Assembly: GCA_002269645.1 (NCBI GenBank)
Contig: NIVC01000957.1
Coordinates: 334,514 to 398,513, forward strand
Direction: 5' to 3'
DNA length: 64,000 bases
Source of the DNA: Macrostomum lignano
Lineage: Eukaryota
Below, piece by piece: positions 21,695 through 34,844 of the stretch (positions are counted from its first letter, which is position 1; every line of letters starts with the position of its first letter). A program made the position numbers and the translations under genes. The notes beneath the pieces are model-generated. The model searched no databases. It was given only the letters and a program-made list of their open reading frames with translations, and was not told the origin of the DNA.

Positions 21695-24600
21695 AGGCTT
21701 CTATGATTTTTTCTTGACGCTTCTATGATTTTTACATGACGCTTCTATGATTTTTATATGACGTTTCTATGATTGTTTACATGACGCTTCTATGATTGTT
21801 TACATGACGCTTCTATGATTGTTTACATGACGCTTCTATGATTTTTTACATGACGCTTCTATGATTTTTTACATGACGCTTCTATGATTGTTTACATGAC
21901 GCTTCTACGATTTTTTACATGACGCTTCTATGATTGTTTACATGACGCTTCTATGATTGTTTACATGACGCTTCTATGATTGTTTACATGACGCTTCTAC
22001 GATTTTTTACATGACGCTTCTACGATTGTTTACATGACGCTTCTATGATTGTTTACATGACGCTTCTATGATTGTTTACATGACGCTTCTATGATTTTTT
22101 ACATGACGCTTCTATGATTTTTTGCATGACGCTTCTATGATTTTTACATGAAGCTTCTACGATTGTTTACATGACGCTTCTATGATTTTTACATGACGCT
22201 TCTATGATTGTTTACATGACGCTTCTATGATTTTTTACATGACGCTTCTATGATTTTTTACATGACGCTTCTATGATTTTTACATGAAGCTTCTACGATT
22301 GTTTACATGACGCTTCTATGATTGTTTACATGACGCTTCTATGATTTTTACATGACGCTTCTATGATTGTTACATGACGCTTCTATGATTTTTTACATGA
22401 CGCTTCTACGATTGTTTACATGACGCTTCTATGATTTTTAATGACGCTTCTACGATTTTTACATGACGCTTCTACGATTTTTACATGACGCTTCTATGAT
22501 TTTTTACATGACGCTTCTATGATTTTTTACATGACGCTTCTATGATTTTTTACATGACGCTTCTATGATTTTTTACATGACGCTTCTACGATTGTTTACA
22601 TGACGCTTCTATGATTTTTTACATGACGCTTCTACGATTTTTTACATGACGCTTCTACGATTTTTTACATGACGCTTCTAAGATTGTTTACATGACGCTT
22701 CTATGATTTTTATATGACGCTTCTATGATTGTTTACATGACGCTTCTATGATTTTTTCATGACGCTTCTATGATTGTTTACATGACGCTTCTATGATTTT
22801 TTACATGACGCTTCTATGATTTTTACATGACGCTTCTATGATTTTTACATGACGCTTCTATGATTGTTTCATGACGCTTCTATGATTTTTACATGACGCT
22901 TCTACGATTGTTTGCATGACGCTTCTATGATTTTTAATGACGCTTCTACGATTTCTTACATGACGCTTCTACGATTTTTTACATGACGCTTCTATGATTT
23001 TTTACATGACACTTCTATGATTTTTACATGACGCATCTATGATTTTTACATGACGCTTCTATGATTTTTTTTTCATGACGCTTCTACGATTGTTTACATG
23101 ACGCTTCTATGATTGTTTACATGACGCTTCTATGATTTTTTACATGACGCTTCTATGATTTTTACATGACGCTTCTATGATTTTTTTTCATGACGCTTTT
23201 ACGATTGTTTACATGACGCTTCTATGATTTTTACATGACGCTTCTATGATTTTTACATGACGCTTCTACGATTGTTTGCATGACGCTTCTATGATTTTTA
23301 ATGACGCTTCTACGATTTTTACATGACGCTTCTACGATTTTTTAGACGCTTCTATGATTGTTTACATGACGCTTCTATGATTTTTTTACATGACGCTTCT
23401 ATGATTTTTACATGACGCTTCTATGATTTTTACATGACGCTTCTATGATTTTTTGTAGGACGCTTCTATGATTGTTTACATGACGCTTCTATGATTGTTT
23501 ACATGACGCTTCTATGATTTTTCATGACGCTTCTATGATTGTTTACATGACGCTTCTATGATTTTTTGTATGACGCTTCTATGATTTTTACATGACGCTT
23601 CTATGATTGTTACATGACGCTTCTATGATTTTTTACATGACGCTTCTACGATTGTTTACATGACGCTTCTATGATTTTTAATGACGCTTCTACGATTTTT
23701 ACATGACGCTTCTACGATTTTTACATGACGCTTCTATGATTTTTTACATGACGCTTCTATGATTTTTTACATGACGCTTCTATGATTTTTTACATGACGC
23801 TTCTATGATTTTTTACATGACGCTTCTACGATTGTTTACATGACGCTTCTATGATTTTTACATGACGCTTCTACGATTTTTTACATGACGCTTCTATGAT
23901 TTTTACATGACGCTTCTAATTGTTTACATGACGCTTCTATGATTTTTATATGACGCTTCTATGATTGTTTACATGACGCTTCTATGATTTTTTCATGACG
24001 CTTCTATGATTGTTTACATGACGCTTCTATGATTTTTTACATGACGCTTCTATGATTTTTACATGACGCTTCTATGATTTTTACATGACGCTTCTATGAT
24101 TGTTTCATGACGCTTCTATGATTTTTACATGACGCTTCTACGATTGTTTGCATGACGCTTCTATGATTTTTAATGACGCTTCTATGATTTTTACATGACG
24201 CTTCTACGATTTTTTACATGACGCTTCTATGATTTTTTACATGACACTTCTATGATTTTTACATGACGCATCTATGATTTTTACATGACGCTTCTATGAT
24301 TTTTTTTTCATGACGCTTCTACGATTGTTTACATGACGCTTCTATGATTGTTTACATGACGCTTCTATGATTTTTTTACATGACGCTTCTATGATTTTTA
24401 CATGACGCTTCTATGATTTTTTTCATGACGCTTTTACGATTGTTTACATGACGCTTCTATGATTTTTACATGACGCTTCTATGATTTTTACATGACGCTT
24501 CTACGATTGTTTGCATGACGCTTCTATGATTTTTAATGACGCTTCTACGATTTCTTACATGACGCTTCTACGATTTTTTGTAGGACGCTTCTATGATTGT

Positions 24601-25775
24601 TTACATGACGCTTCTATGATTTTTTACATGACGCTTCTATGATTTTTACATGACGCTTCTATGATTTTTACATGACGCTTCTATGATTTTTTGTATGACG
24701 CTTCTATGATTGTTTACATGACGCTTCTATGATTGTTTACATGACGCTTCTATGATTTTTCATGACGCTTCTATGATTGTTTACATGACGCTTCTATGAT
24801 TTTTTGTATGACGCTTCTATGATTGTTTACATGACGCTTCTATGATTGTTTACAACGCTTCTATGATTTTACATGACGCTTCTGTGATTTTTCATGACGC
24901 TTCTATGATTGTTTACATGACGCTTCTATGATTGTTTAAATGACGCTTCTACGATTGTTTACATGACGCTTCTATGATTGTTTACATGACGCTTCTATGA
25001 CTTTTACATGACGCTTCTATGATTTTTTACGTGACGCTTCTATGATTTTTACATGACGCTTCTATGATTGTTTAATGACGCTTCTACGATTTTTACATGA
25101 CGCTTCTATGATTGTTTACATGACGCTTCTATGATTTTACATGACGCTTCTATGATTTTTTACATGACGCTTCTATGATTTTTACATGACGCTTCTATGA
25201 TTTTTACATGACGCTCTATGATTTTTACATGACGCTTCTATGATTTTTTACATGACGCTTCTATGATTTTTTACATGACGCTTCTATGATTTTTACATGA
25301 CGCTTCTATGATTTTTCACATGACGCTTCTATGATTTTTACATGACGCTTCTATGATTTTTACATGACGCTTCTATGATTTTTTGTATGACGCTTCTATG
25401 ATTGTTTACATGACGCTTCTATGATTGTTTACATGACGCTTCTATGATTTTTCATGACGCTTCTATGATTGTTTACATGATGCTTCTATGATTTTTTGTA
25501 TGACGCTTCTATGATTGTTTACATGACGCTTCTATGATTGTTTACATGACGCTTCTATGATTTTACATGACGCTTCTGTGATTTTTCATGACGCTTCTAT
25601 GATTGTTTACATGACGCTTCTATGATTGTTTACATGACGCTTCTACGATTGTTTACATGACGCTTCTATGATTTTTCATGACGCTTCTACGATTCTTTAC
25701 ATGACGCTTCTACGATTTTTTACATGACGCTTCTACGATTGTTTACATGACGCTTCTATGGTTTTTACATGACGC
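21695..25775. repeat. ~4.1-kb satellite of a 20-23-bp monomer (CATGACGCTTCTATGATT[G/T]TTTA) with higher-order structure
   Basis: Continuous periodicity; rare variants recur at ~1235-bp and ~692-bp spacing. Confidence 0.97.
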
Positions 25776-25827
25776 CTTTAGTCCTTTAATTAGTCCTTTA
25801 ATAAAAGCTTTCAATAAAAAAAACATT

Positions 25828-25895
25828 TCTCTACTAAGATTCGAACCCAGGTCGCTGCATTGGCAGTCCAGTCTGTTCACATCTAGGCAAGCTCT
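25828..25895 (-). mobile_element. tRNA-derived (Gly-GCC-like) SINE head or tRNA pseudogene
   Basis: Minus strand CTGGACTGCCAATGCAGCGACCTGGGTTCGAATC has a B-box and an anticodon-like loop; no intact cloverleaf. Confidence 0.45.
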
Positions 25896-26720
25896 TATCG
25901 AATTTATTAATGAAATATTGTAGCACTTATATAAAATTTTATACTCACTCACGAAGCAGTTATGACATAATCAATTTCCCAGGCAAGTCAGTATCAGTCT
26001 CAATTAAAGTTGACAATATGGTTACGCAATCTAAATCAAGTCTGGTGCTACGCTTCCACACTGCATTTTCAATACTGTGACGCAATTCAAGTCGGAGTTA
26101 CAATTCAGTTATGATGCAATCTATTTCAGAATCAGAATTCAACCAGTCAGTTTTTTCTCTAGCATTCTTACAATGCATTTCAAGTCGAAAAGTTTGCTTG
26201 ACCTTTGCAAAAAAGCATGTTTTTCGAATATTTAATGCCTTTAGCATCGAGAAATTTCTTAGCCACGATGCATGTACAGTCACGGGAAAATTTCTGATCG
26301 AACAGTGCAAGTCTCATGAAAATCGGTTAAGCCATTTTTTCTCTAATCGATTACAAGCAAGCAAGCAAGCAAGATTTTCATTTTTAGTATTTAGGATTGA
26401 AGGGGAAGACCGCGAGCCTGCACAGAGACAAGGCAGAGATTAGAGACAAGTGAGAAATTGTAGAGGGAAAAATAAATTAGATTAGAGGGAGAAATCGGGG
26501 ATTAGAGAGACTAAAGAGAGATTAGAGGGGCAAATGAGGGATTAGAGACTAAGGGAAGATTAGAGGGGAAAATAAGAGATTAGAGAAAAATTAGAGATTA
26601 CAGACAAAGGGGAGATTAATAACCAAAAACAGAGAGGAGACAAAATGAGAGATTAGAGGGACTTGGGCCACAGCTGTCACGAGATGGTCACCGAGCCTTT
26701 TCCTCCTGACTGGGCACTGA

Positions 26721-27683
26721 CAACAACAACAACAGAGTACGCTGCCGGTTCGCAAAAGCAGCGTCAGATGGCGCGCTTCGAAGCTTGGGCGCGAACAAAG
26801 GCCGCACCGCCGGCAGAGTCCGGGGCGCCGGCGTCAGCCAGCAGACAGTCGACGTAGCGCCGAGTCCTCGCCTGTCCCCGCCGGTAGGGTGCCTGCAACG
26901 TAAGTAGCAGCACCTCCTGCACCGGCTCCGGACAGTAGGCCTCGGCGCGGATGATGTGGCCTGCCAGCTGGAGTTGCCGACGGCGCAGCAGATCGCTAGG
27001 ACGGGCCAGGCCGGCGCGATGATAGAGCGCCGTGTTGGTGACTCGCTCGTTGCCGATCTTGAAGGCGGCGCGCAGCAGGCCAGCGTGCGCCGCGTCGACT
27101 TGAGCCTCGAGCGAGTCTGTCAGCGTCCAGGTCTCGGCGTTGTATAACAGGCCGGTTTCGATCACCGCCTGGAACAGCGCCGCCCTCTGGCGGTCCGGTA
27201 AGGCCTCGGACTGCAGGACTGACCTTATAGAACGAAAGGCAGCCCAGGCAAGTCCTCGGCGACGCCGCAGATCCTCGCGAACGTCGGGAACCAGACCGCC
27301 GAGGTAGACGAACTGCTGACATCTTGGAAGCTCACTCGCCTGTCCGTCAGCGCCTCGGCAGAAGATTGCAGCCTCGGTGTCGTCCGGCACGCATAGCACG
27401 ACGGTCTTCTGCGTGTTGACCACCAGGCCGACGCTCGCCGCAACGGCAACCAGCCTATCCAGCTGTCGTTGGGCGCCCTCGACGGTCGAGGACAGCAGGG
27501 CGAGGTCATCGGCGTAGCCAAGCACGCTGAGCCGTCTCTCCGGTTGGCGTCGACCCACGCGTCGCCGCAGCAGGAAGCCGTCGTCGTTGGAAGGCAGAGC
27601 AGTCCGTAGCACCCAGTCAAGCACCAGAATAAATAGGAGCGGCGCTAGCGTATCTCCCTGGAGCACCCCGGAGGATGCACTGA
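26721..27683 (-). mobile_element. 5'-truncated RTE-clade non-LTR retrotransposon (963 bp), (TTG)n tail, 9-bp TSD GGGCACTGA
   Basis: Uninterrupted RT C-terminal half: GVLQGDTLAPLLF, YADDLALL, FVYLG; TSD at 26712-26720 and 27684-27692; tail 26721-26734. Confidence 0.92.
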
Positions 27684-27901
27684 GGGCACTGAGGTATAGC
27701 CAAGACTGCCGGTAGGCCTCAGGGAGTTTGCGATGCCAATTCTGTCGCAACCGATCAAGACAGAAAACTGAATTTGAGCCAAGACAGCCGATTGCAGATA
27801 TGTAGCGTAAATCTCTTTTGAGCCTGGATTGCCCGTCCCGCCTGCATGCCCCAGTGTAACAGATGGTGCAGGAAATTTGATCTTGGCAGTGAAGGCAAGT
27901 C

Positions 27902-27935
27902 CGTCTGCCTGTCTGTGCATCTGTCTGTCCTAGTT

Positions 27936-28034
<99 letters not shown>
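27902..28034. repeat. (TCTG)n microsatellite just upstream of the GPCR exon 2 acceptor
   Basis: Visible run. Confidence 0.97.
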
Positions 28035-28063
28035 CAGAGCACTACGGTCACACCCTCCCGCAG

Positions 28064-28402
28064 GCCATCATGCTGATCGTCCTTGGCAGCTCGCCAGACA
28101 AGGACTGTTACTCGAAGCGGTTCTACGACCCCCTCGGAGACGTGTTCGACCTGATGACGCTCTGCAATCACAGCGTGAATTTCATTTTCTACTACGGCAT
28201 GTCCGAGCAGTTTAGGCAGACCTTCGGCCAGCTGGCCGGCTGTTCCGCGCTTTGCCGGCGCCACTCGTTGCCAGGCAACCGCGCGGCGGCAGCAACCGGA
28301 CGTCGGTCCGCTGCGAAGCAACCGACGGCCGGCGACAGTGGAGCCGTGGAGTACGCGCCCGTGGCAAACGGCGACACAGAAGTTCGGGACACCGCGGTTT
28401 GA
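28064..28402 (+). CDS. DMSR-like GPCR coding exon 2 (end of TM6, TM7, C-tail); total ~422 aa
   Basis: Acceptor CCCTCCCGCAG|GCC, phase 0 matches exon 1; DVFDLMTLCNHSVNFIFYYGMSEQFRQTF is a typical TM7/helix 8. Confidence 0.92.
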   Translation, partial: AIMLIVLGSSPDKDCYSKRFYDPLGDVFDLMTLCNHSVNFIFYYGMSEQFRQTFGQLAGCSALCRRHSLPGNRAAAATGRRSAAKQPTAGDSGAVEYAPVANGDTEVRDTAV

Positions 28403-28499
28403 CTTCCACCTGTAGTTGATTGACCCTCACTCAGTCTTACCCTGAGATTGTTGTAAAATAAACTCTCTCACACCTATATTATCTCGAATCAAATTTCTT

Positions 28500-28915
28500 A
28501 ACCTGAGATTATTTTCGGAATCGACGACCTCATCCTTAGGTTTAGTCTTAGAATCGACTATCTGATCCTGAGATTATCTCAGAGTCAACTTTCTCAACCT
28601 GAGATTATCTTGGAATCAGCTGTCGCATCCTGAGATTATCTTGGAATCAACTGTCTCATCCTGAGATTATCTTGGAATCAACTGTCTCATCCTGAGATTA
28701 TCTTGGAACCAACTGTCTCAACCTAAGATTATCTTGGAATCAACTATCTCATCCTGAGATTATCTTGGAATCAACTGTCTCATCCTGAGATGATCTCAGA
28801 ATCAATTATCTCATCCTGAGATTATCCTGGAGTCGACTGTCTCAATCTGAGATTATCTTGGAGTCGACTGTCTCAATCTGAGATTATCTTGGAGTCAACT
28901 GTCTCATCTTGAGAT
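28500..28915. repeat. 31-bp minisatellite downstream of the GPCR stop
   Basis: Unit CCTGAGATTATCTTGGAATCAACTGTCTCAT. Confidence 0.92.
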
Positions 28916-29277
28916 TATGTTGGAATTGCATCATTTCAACTGATCATATGCACACCTAATCACACGTTTATCTCATGTTGTATTTGGCTGTTATCAACCG
29001 TTTTAATATTATGTTAAATTGAGTAACGGATATATTTTTGTGTTGCACTTTTTTCAACCGCTGTTCCTGGTCTGAATTCACCCTGACGCCACCAAAAAAA
29101 ATTTTTTAATTATATCTTGCCAGACGTGCAGGTCAACCGATAAAATGACTGAAAATGTTTTTTTAATTCTTTTTTACACTTTCAATGACAATGTCAGGTG
29201 TAGCAACAGATGGGCAGAATGGCGCACTGACTTGACTTGGCTGCAGGACGGTCCGAAGACGCAGCGGCAAAATGGCA

Positions 29278-29828
29278 CACAAAATCGTGTGATTTTTTGA
29301 AGGCCGATTTCCTAGAAAAATCTTTTTTTCAACAAGAAATCAATAACTGCATTTGATGTGGGGCAGTGAAGGCTACCATTCTTTTAATTTAGCATGCGCA
29401 TGCACTGTCGTATTTTATATATTTCTCAAGTGAATTTCATTTTCATAATACTTTCTTTTTATTTTATAAGGCAAAGTTGTAAGTGAAGTGAAATTCTTGT
29501 TTCATTCCTTCTTGAGTCAAGTATATTTTAAGCTTGGAGTGGCTGCATGCAACAGTTGTATTACAAACATACTAATTCATTCAAAAGAAGCAACAATCCA
29601 AAAATTTCTCATTTGTAAGTATTTGCAACTTTGCTTTGGGCTTATAGAATAAAAATAAAATAAAATACAACAGAGTAACATGTTGTGCATGCTAAATTTA
29701 AATAATTGGTAATCTTCACTGCCCCAGATCAAATGCAATCATTGGTTTTGTGATGAAAAAATGTTTTTCCTATCTTCGCAGTGTATTCTGTCAGGAAATC
29801 GGCCTCCAAAAGTTACACAATCTTTGAG
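29278..29828. mobile_element. Foldback/MITE-like element with ~100-bp imperfect inverted arms
   Basis: 29348-29371 vs 29714-29737 match 23/24 as reverse complements; similarity extends outward (GGCCGATTTCCT / AGGAAATCGGCC); TSD not resolved. Confidence 0.65.
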
Positions 29829-30769
29829 TTTCATGTCCTGTTTATTTGGCACTGGCGCCCCCAAGATGACGCCTCCCACGATGGCGCCCTCAAGACAGCG
29901 TATCCAAGTTAGCGCCCCTCGCTGGCGCCAAATCATGAATCCTGGCAACGCCCCAGAGTAAATAATCATGAAAAAACTGACTAATTTACAAGCCTTCATT
30001 ACACTCTGATCTGCAATCAGTCGTATTTATTCCATTCGGTGGAAGTTCACAGAACCAGACTACTTGGAACAATGGAAAATCTCACATCATGGTTTAATAA
30101 TAATACTGGCCTATATTAACAAATAGTTTATCAATTTTTTATAAATGTTTGAACAATAAGACATCATTAATAATCTATAAATATTGACAATAGCTTTGGT
30201 AATACACATTTGCATTCATTCACTGCATAGTGGAGTAAAATGAGAGTCAAAGAGATTTTTGTGTGAGTTTGCTTACAAAAAATATCACAACTGTAATTAC
30301 GTTTTCCAAAGACAGGAATTAATGTTGAGAGCGAAAAAGCGATATTAATATTTTAACTGATTGAAAAAACGGTCAGCTCCACTGCAGCCAAGGCGACTTG
30401 GTGAGCAAAATTAGCAAAAAATATATCGACTTTGATTAAGCAGCAAAGCGAGGATCATGCTACTGCCGGTTAGTAGTCAAGCAGGGACGTGGCATGCGAA
30501 AGCATATCAGAATGGTGCCCTGGTGAGCATCTCCTTGAACTCGCAAAATTTACCGAACTGAGCTGAGCGGGGATTTTCAGGCCATCCTCACATCAAGAAG
30601 TTGAGGCACAGCACGCCGGATGTACACGAGCGCCGCGCCTGACGTGGGGGCGCGGGGAGGGGGAGGGGGTTGGTGCGGGGAGAGGCTCACAGAGTGTCCG
30701 TTCGTTTCACCTCCCCCTTATCGACGTGCGAGTGTACAGGACTTCTAACCCCGGCCTGTGGTTAGCCAT

Positions 30770-30940
30770 ACCCGCCCACCCCACTCCGATCCTTTCCCTT
30801 TTCTAGTCTCTGATTCGCTGGCTAGCTCTACCCGCCCACCCCACTCCGATCCTTTCCCCTTTCTAGTCTCTGATTCGCTGGCTAGCTCTACCCGCCCACC
30901 CCACTTCGATTTCTTTCTTTTCCTAGTCTGATTGGCTGGC
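30770..30940. repeat. 60-bp tandem repeat, ~3 units
   Basis: CCCGCCCACCCCACTCCGATCCTTTCCC..CTAGTCTCTGATTCGCTGGCTAGCTCTA. Confidence 0.9.
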
Positions 30941-31692
30941 TCACCCCTACTTCGGTGTTTCAACATTAAAAGCTTGTAGGAAACAATTAATTTTTGTGCG
31001 TTAGTAATAACGAATTTTAGTGGGAATTTTCAATTGCAATTAGAAAAAATAAGAACTTGATGAGTTTGGTTAATTAGACATTATAGTGAACTCTCATGTA
31101 TCGTTGGCATCTCATTTTCGAAAGATCTTAATAATACCTTGATAGACATATTTTGAGGGTGAACTCTTGGTGAGAAGAATGCTTTCGCATCACACTTACA
31201 CCTGAGAAAACCTGCGCAAAAAATAACATTTGGAGACTCAAATGAGGAAATAATGGAGCTTTTAATGAAATGATCCCACCTGTTTCTTGACTGCTGAGAG
31301 TAATACCCGTTGCTCAAATCAACTGCATAGGAGGACGTTTTGCAAAAGTACTTTAGAAATTTTTGAAAGGTCATTTTTTTTAAAATGCATTAGGTTAGGT
31401 ATCTCCAGTATCTCAGAGACCTCAGGTACCTCAGGTGGCTCAGGTATTCAGGTATCTTACATGTAGGTATCTCAGGTATCTCAAGTATCTTAAGCACCCC
31501 AAGAAATCCCCCCTGTATAAAAATGGCTCACTTCCCTCTTCATGTTTACTGCCACGAACTCAACAAAGAAATTCAACAAGCATCTGCCGCCATCAACTGA
31601 AAGCCAATTTATCATATCAAGCATAACATTCAAAACCGATTTTAAATTTAAAATACAATAGCTTCATCAATAGTGTTTCCCCCCATCCAGCA

Positions 31693-32885
31693 TCACACAT
31701 AGCTGGCGCTGTCTTCACCGCCCGCCGGTCCGTTCAGGTTGCCGCCGCCGCCGCCGCCGCCGCCGATGCCGCTGTGGCTACTGACGGAGCCGCTGCCGCC
31801 GCCGCCGCCGCCGCCGCCGCCGCTGGGTGTTCGCTTTGGCGGCAGCGGCTGCGCCTGAATGCCTCGCGCTGGCATCGACATCATCTGGGGCTGGAGAGGC
31901 GGGGGCGGCGGCGGCTGCTGCTGGTGCTGCTGGTGCTTGTGCCGCTGCCGACTCGAAGACCGCGGCGGCCGCTCCGGCGGCAGCAGCGCCGGCAAGTCGC
32001 AGGCGAGGTCCATCTCGTCGGTTTTCTTCGAACGATAGCGCAGCCAGATCTCCCGCACGATCTCGGCCGTGATGAGGTCGCCAGCGTTGTGGCTGATCAT
32101 GCGCAGCAGGAAGATGCCGTCGTAGCGCAGGAAGCTGTTCACGAACTTCTTCGCCACCGCCTTCTCCTCCGAGTGGATGCTGGTCATGATCTTCAGGTAC
32201 TTCTTGATGAAGGAGCGCCGAGATGCGCGCATTGTGGAGGTGACGGCCCAGGACACGAAGGAGAAGGAGGTGAACACTGCCAGGGCCCACACCCAGAACC
32301 ACAGGAAGATGTATATCTTCTCGTTCAGCATGTTGTTGGGCAACACGCACTGCAGGCTGTAGGTGTTCACCACGCCCCCGACGTTCTCGAATCGAAGGTC
32401 GCACCGGGTGACCCTGGGGAACACGCCGGTCCGCTCCCAGCTGCGCCGGCGGATCAGGTCGTCCAGCAGGTTGAAGCCCCAGTAGGTGCCGTTCATCCCC
32501 AGGAAGCGCTCCATGATGATCAGCTGCAGGACCGCTACCTTGACGTACAGCAGCTTCACCAGCAGGTAGGAGCCGACTAGCACGAAGCCGGTGCGCCTGG
32601 TCAGCACCAGGCACGGCAGCACCTGTGCGCACCGGTTTTTCACCTGTTGCCACCGGCCCCGCCTGTACGGCTGCACGTGGAACAGCAGCTTCTCCAGGTG
32701 CGCGGCCAGGAAGCCAACCAGGCGCTGCCGCTTGTCCTGCTCGACTGTGGCGGCTGACATCGAGAACCGGATGATGTCCATGATGCTGGTGCCGAACCGG
32801 TTGCTGAGGAACAGCCAGCAGATCCGGGGCAGGTAGAACAGCACCGCCTGTAGGGCGAGCACGAACGGAATCCACTGGTAGTAGT
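31693..32885 (-). CDS. inx: Innexin, coding exon 2 (TM2-TM4 and low-complexity Q/P/G C-tail)
   Basis: YYQWIPFVL, FPRVTRCD, CVLPNNMLNEKIYIFLWFW; acceptor GTCCCGCAG| at 32886; phase 1. Confidence 0.96.
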
Positions 32886-33419
32886 CTGCGGGACGGCGCG
32901 GGGTGGGCGTTCCCCAGTCTGTCCAAGGACCGCTGAACCGCCTCCCAGTAAGCCAGTAAGTACTTTATTGATTTCGCGTTCGATTAAAACTATTCGAAGA
33001 CAACTGAGACATTGCTGCATGATCAATGTGACAGAAATTCAAAATAAAATGGAATTGATTTTTGTTTGATATTTTCAGTACTTGTTGCGACAATTAGCCA
33101 GCCACTAAAGTACTTTTGTTATTTTCATAGACCTGTGGTGTCTCGACAGACCAACACAGGAAAGCCGCGAGTAATTAGGCAAGTAGAATTCAGCCAAAAA
33201 GAGTGCGAGCGTACGCTCCACTTAGGACAACCCGCGCTTATCCAACCATGCATCCAACCATGAATTAATAGGCGATCGATAAATTTGCTAGCAAGAAAAG
33301 GTATTAATTGTTTGCATCACATTTACGGTGACGCCTACTTACAGTAGAGTAGTAAGAAAAAAATATCCCTTTAGTTATTTAGTAAAACGGCCCTTTTAAG
33401 GGCTCCTTGCCACGACACA

Positions 33420-33810
33420 AGACCACTAAACTATTAGCATGCATCTCATGAACTACAAATCATGGGCTAATGAGCTCTCAGGCGATTAATGGACCACCAA
33501 ATTACTCTCGGGTGTTTCATGGACAACCAAACTACTTCCAGGTGTGTAATGGACCACTAAACTATTTCCAATTGTTTAATATATCACTAAACTACTCATG
33601 CGTGTCATAGATCACTATCTAAAGTACTCCTAGTTGTGTCATGGATAACTAAACTATACGTTCCTGTTGTGTCGTATATCACGAAACTACTTCCGTAGTC
33701 ACACGTGAGTAATAAACCTCTAAACTGCTCTCAGTAGTGTCATGGATCACAAAAATACTCTCCAGTGTGCTATGAACCACAAAACTATTTCCAGGTGTGT
33801 CATGGACCTT
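33420..33810. repeat. Old, highly diverged ~30-bp tandem repeat
   Basis: Recurring ATGGACCACTAAACTAC-like core. Confidence 0.7.
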
Positions 33811-34844
33811 TAGGCAACTTTATGAACTCATCACGGGCCGCCAAAGCAGCAATTTTGTGCAGTCAAAAAAGCACTTTCGAGTCATTAAAAGTTCTTTGAT
33901 TCTTCTTACTTTTTTAAAGAAACTTCTACGTCATTTGCGGCACGCAAAAAGCCCCCCAATTTTCGGCGCCCAATTTCCCTGACTTCTTGGCCGCACCCCC
34001 CCCCCCCACTCTCCCTTGTTTCACCACTTCATCCCTGTTTTCATTCTGCTGTCTGTCTCTCTCTCCCTCTCTATTCCGGGCTGCTTTCATTTCACTTTTC
34101 AACGGCGCAGATTCGACACAAAAGCCCGGGGGTTCGAGAGGCTGGCAGCCCCCGTGATTCCCAGAGTCTGACTGCGGGAGAATTTGATGAGGCGCAAGCC
34201 ACCTCTCCCAGCATCTTGCTAGGTCTTCGCGCGCCGCGAAAGGTGTCGAAATGTCAGGGCTGGGGTCGGGGAGGGGAGATTTTGATGAGTGGGAAGCCGT
34301 GTGGATCGGGCTCCCCCCACCCCTCCGACCCCCTGGCAGTTTTGAAATTTCTCGCCTTTGAATGCTTTCAGATTTTGTCTGGGGGCCGTCCGAGCATTGG
34401 CGGCGAGGCCCGGCCATACGCTCGTATTATCGGAGTCGGATTCGAAATCAAGCACACGCACACACACACACAGCCGGTCGCTCCTCAGGCAGATGTCGCC
34501 AAGGCCAAAATCAACATCCAACTGCTGCAGCGAGGGCTGGCAAGTCTGCAGCTGTTGACATTGCAATCCAGTGGTGGGCGGAGGTTATTGATTTTGTAAA
34601 GCAATATGCATATTGTGTGCATATATATTCTGTTTTAATAAATTCTGCGTCATGCCTTCTCTCCATTGCTGAGCATGACAAGTCACCAATAATCTTGGCG
34701 AGTTCCCAAGTTTGAGCTTTGCTCTGGACTGAAGATGCTCAAAATTCAAGCTCAGTGCATCTTGTTTGGTGTGCGTTTGCTTGCATTTTTGTCTGCTTTT
34801 GTTTTGCTCTTGGATTCTTCGTTGCTTGCTTCTCGGTGTTTTAA

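Noticed and set aside
21695-28034. Selection for AG-free sense strand in intronic repeats
   Set aside because: True for three GPCR-intron arrays, but the 40-bp array and the innexin-intron CAGA tract are AG-rich in sense, so it is not general
29739-29999. Short ORFs on both strands (86 aa, 66 aa)
   Set aside because: They overlap a foldback arm, show no codon bias and match no recognisable motif
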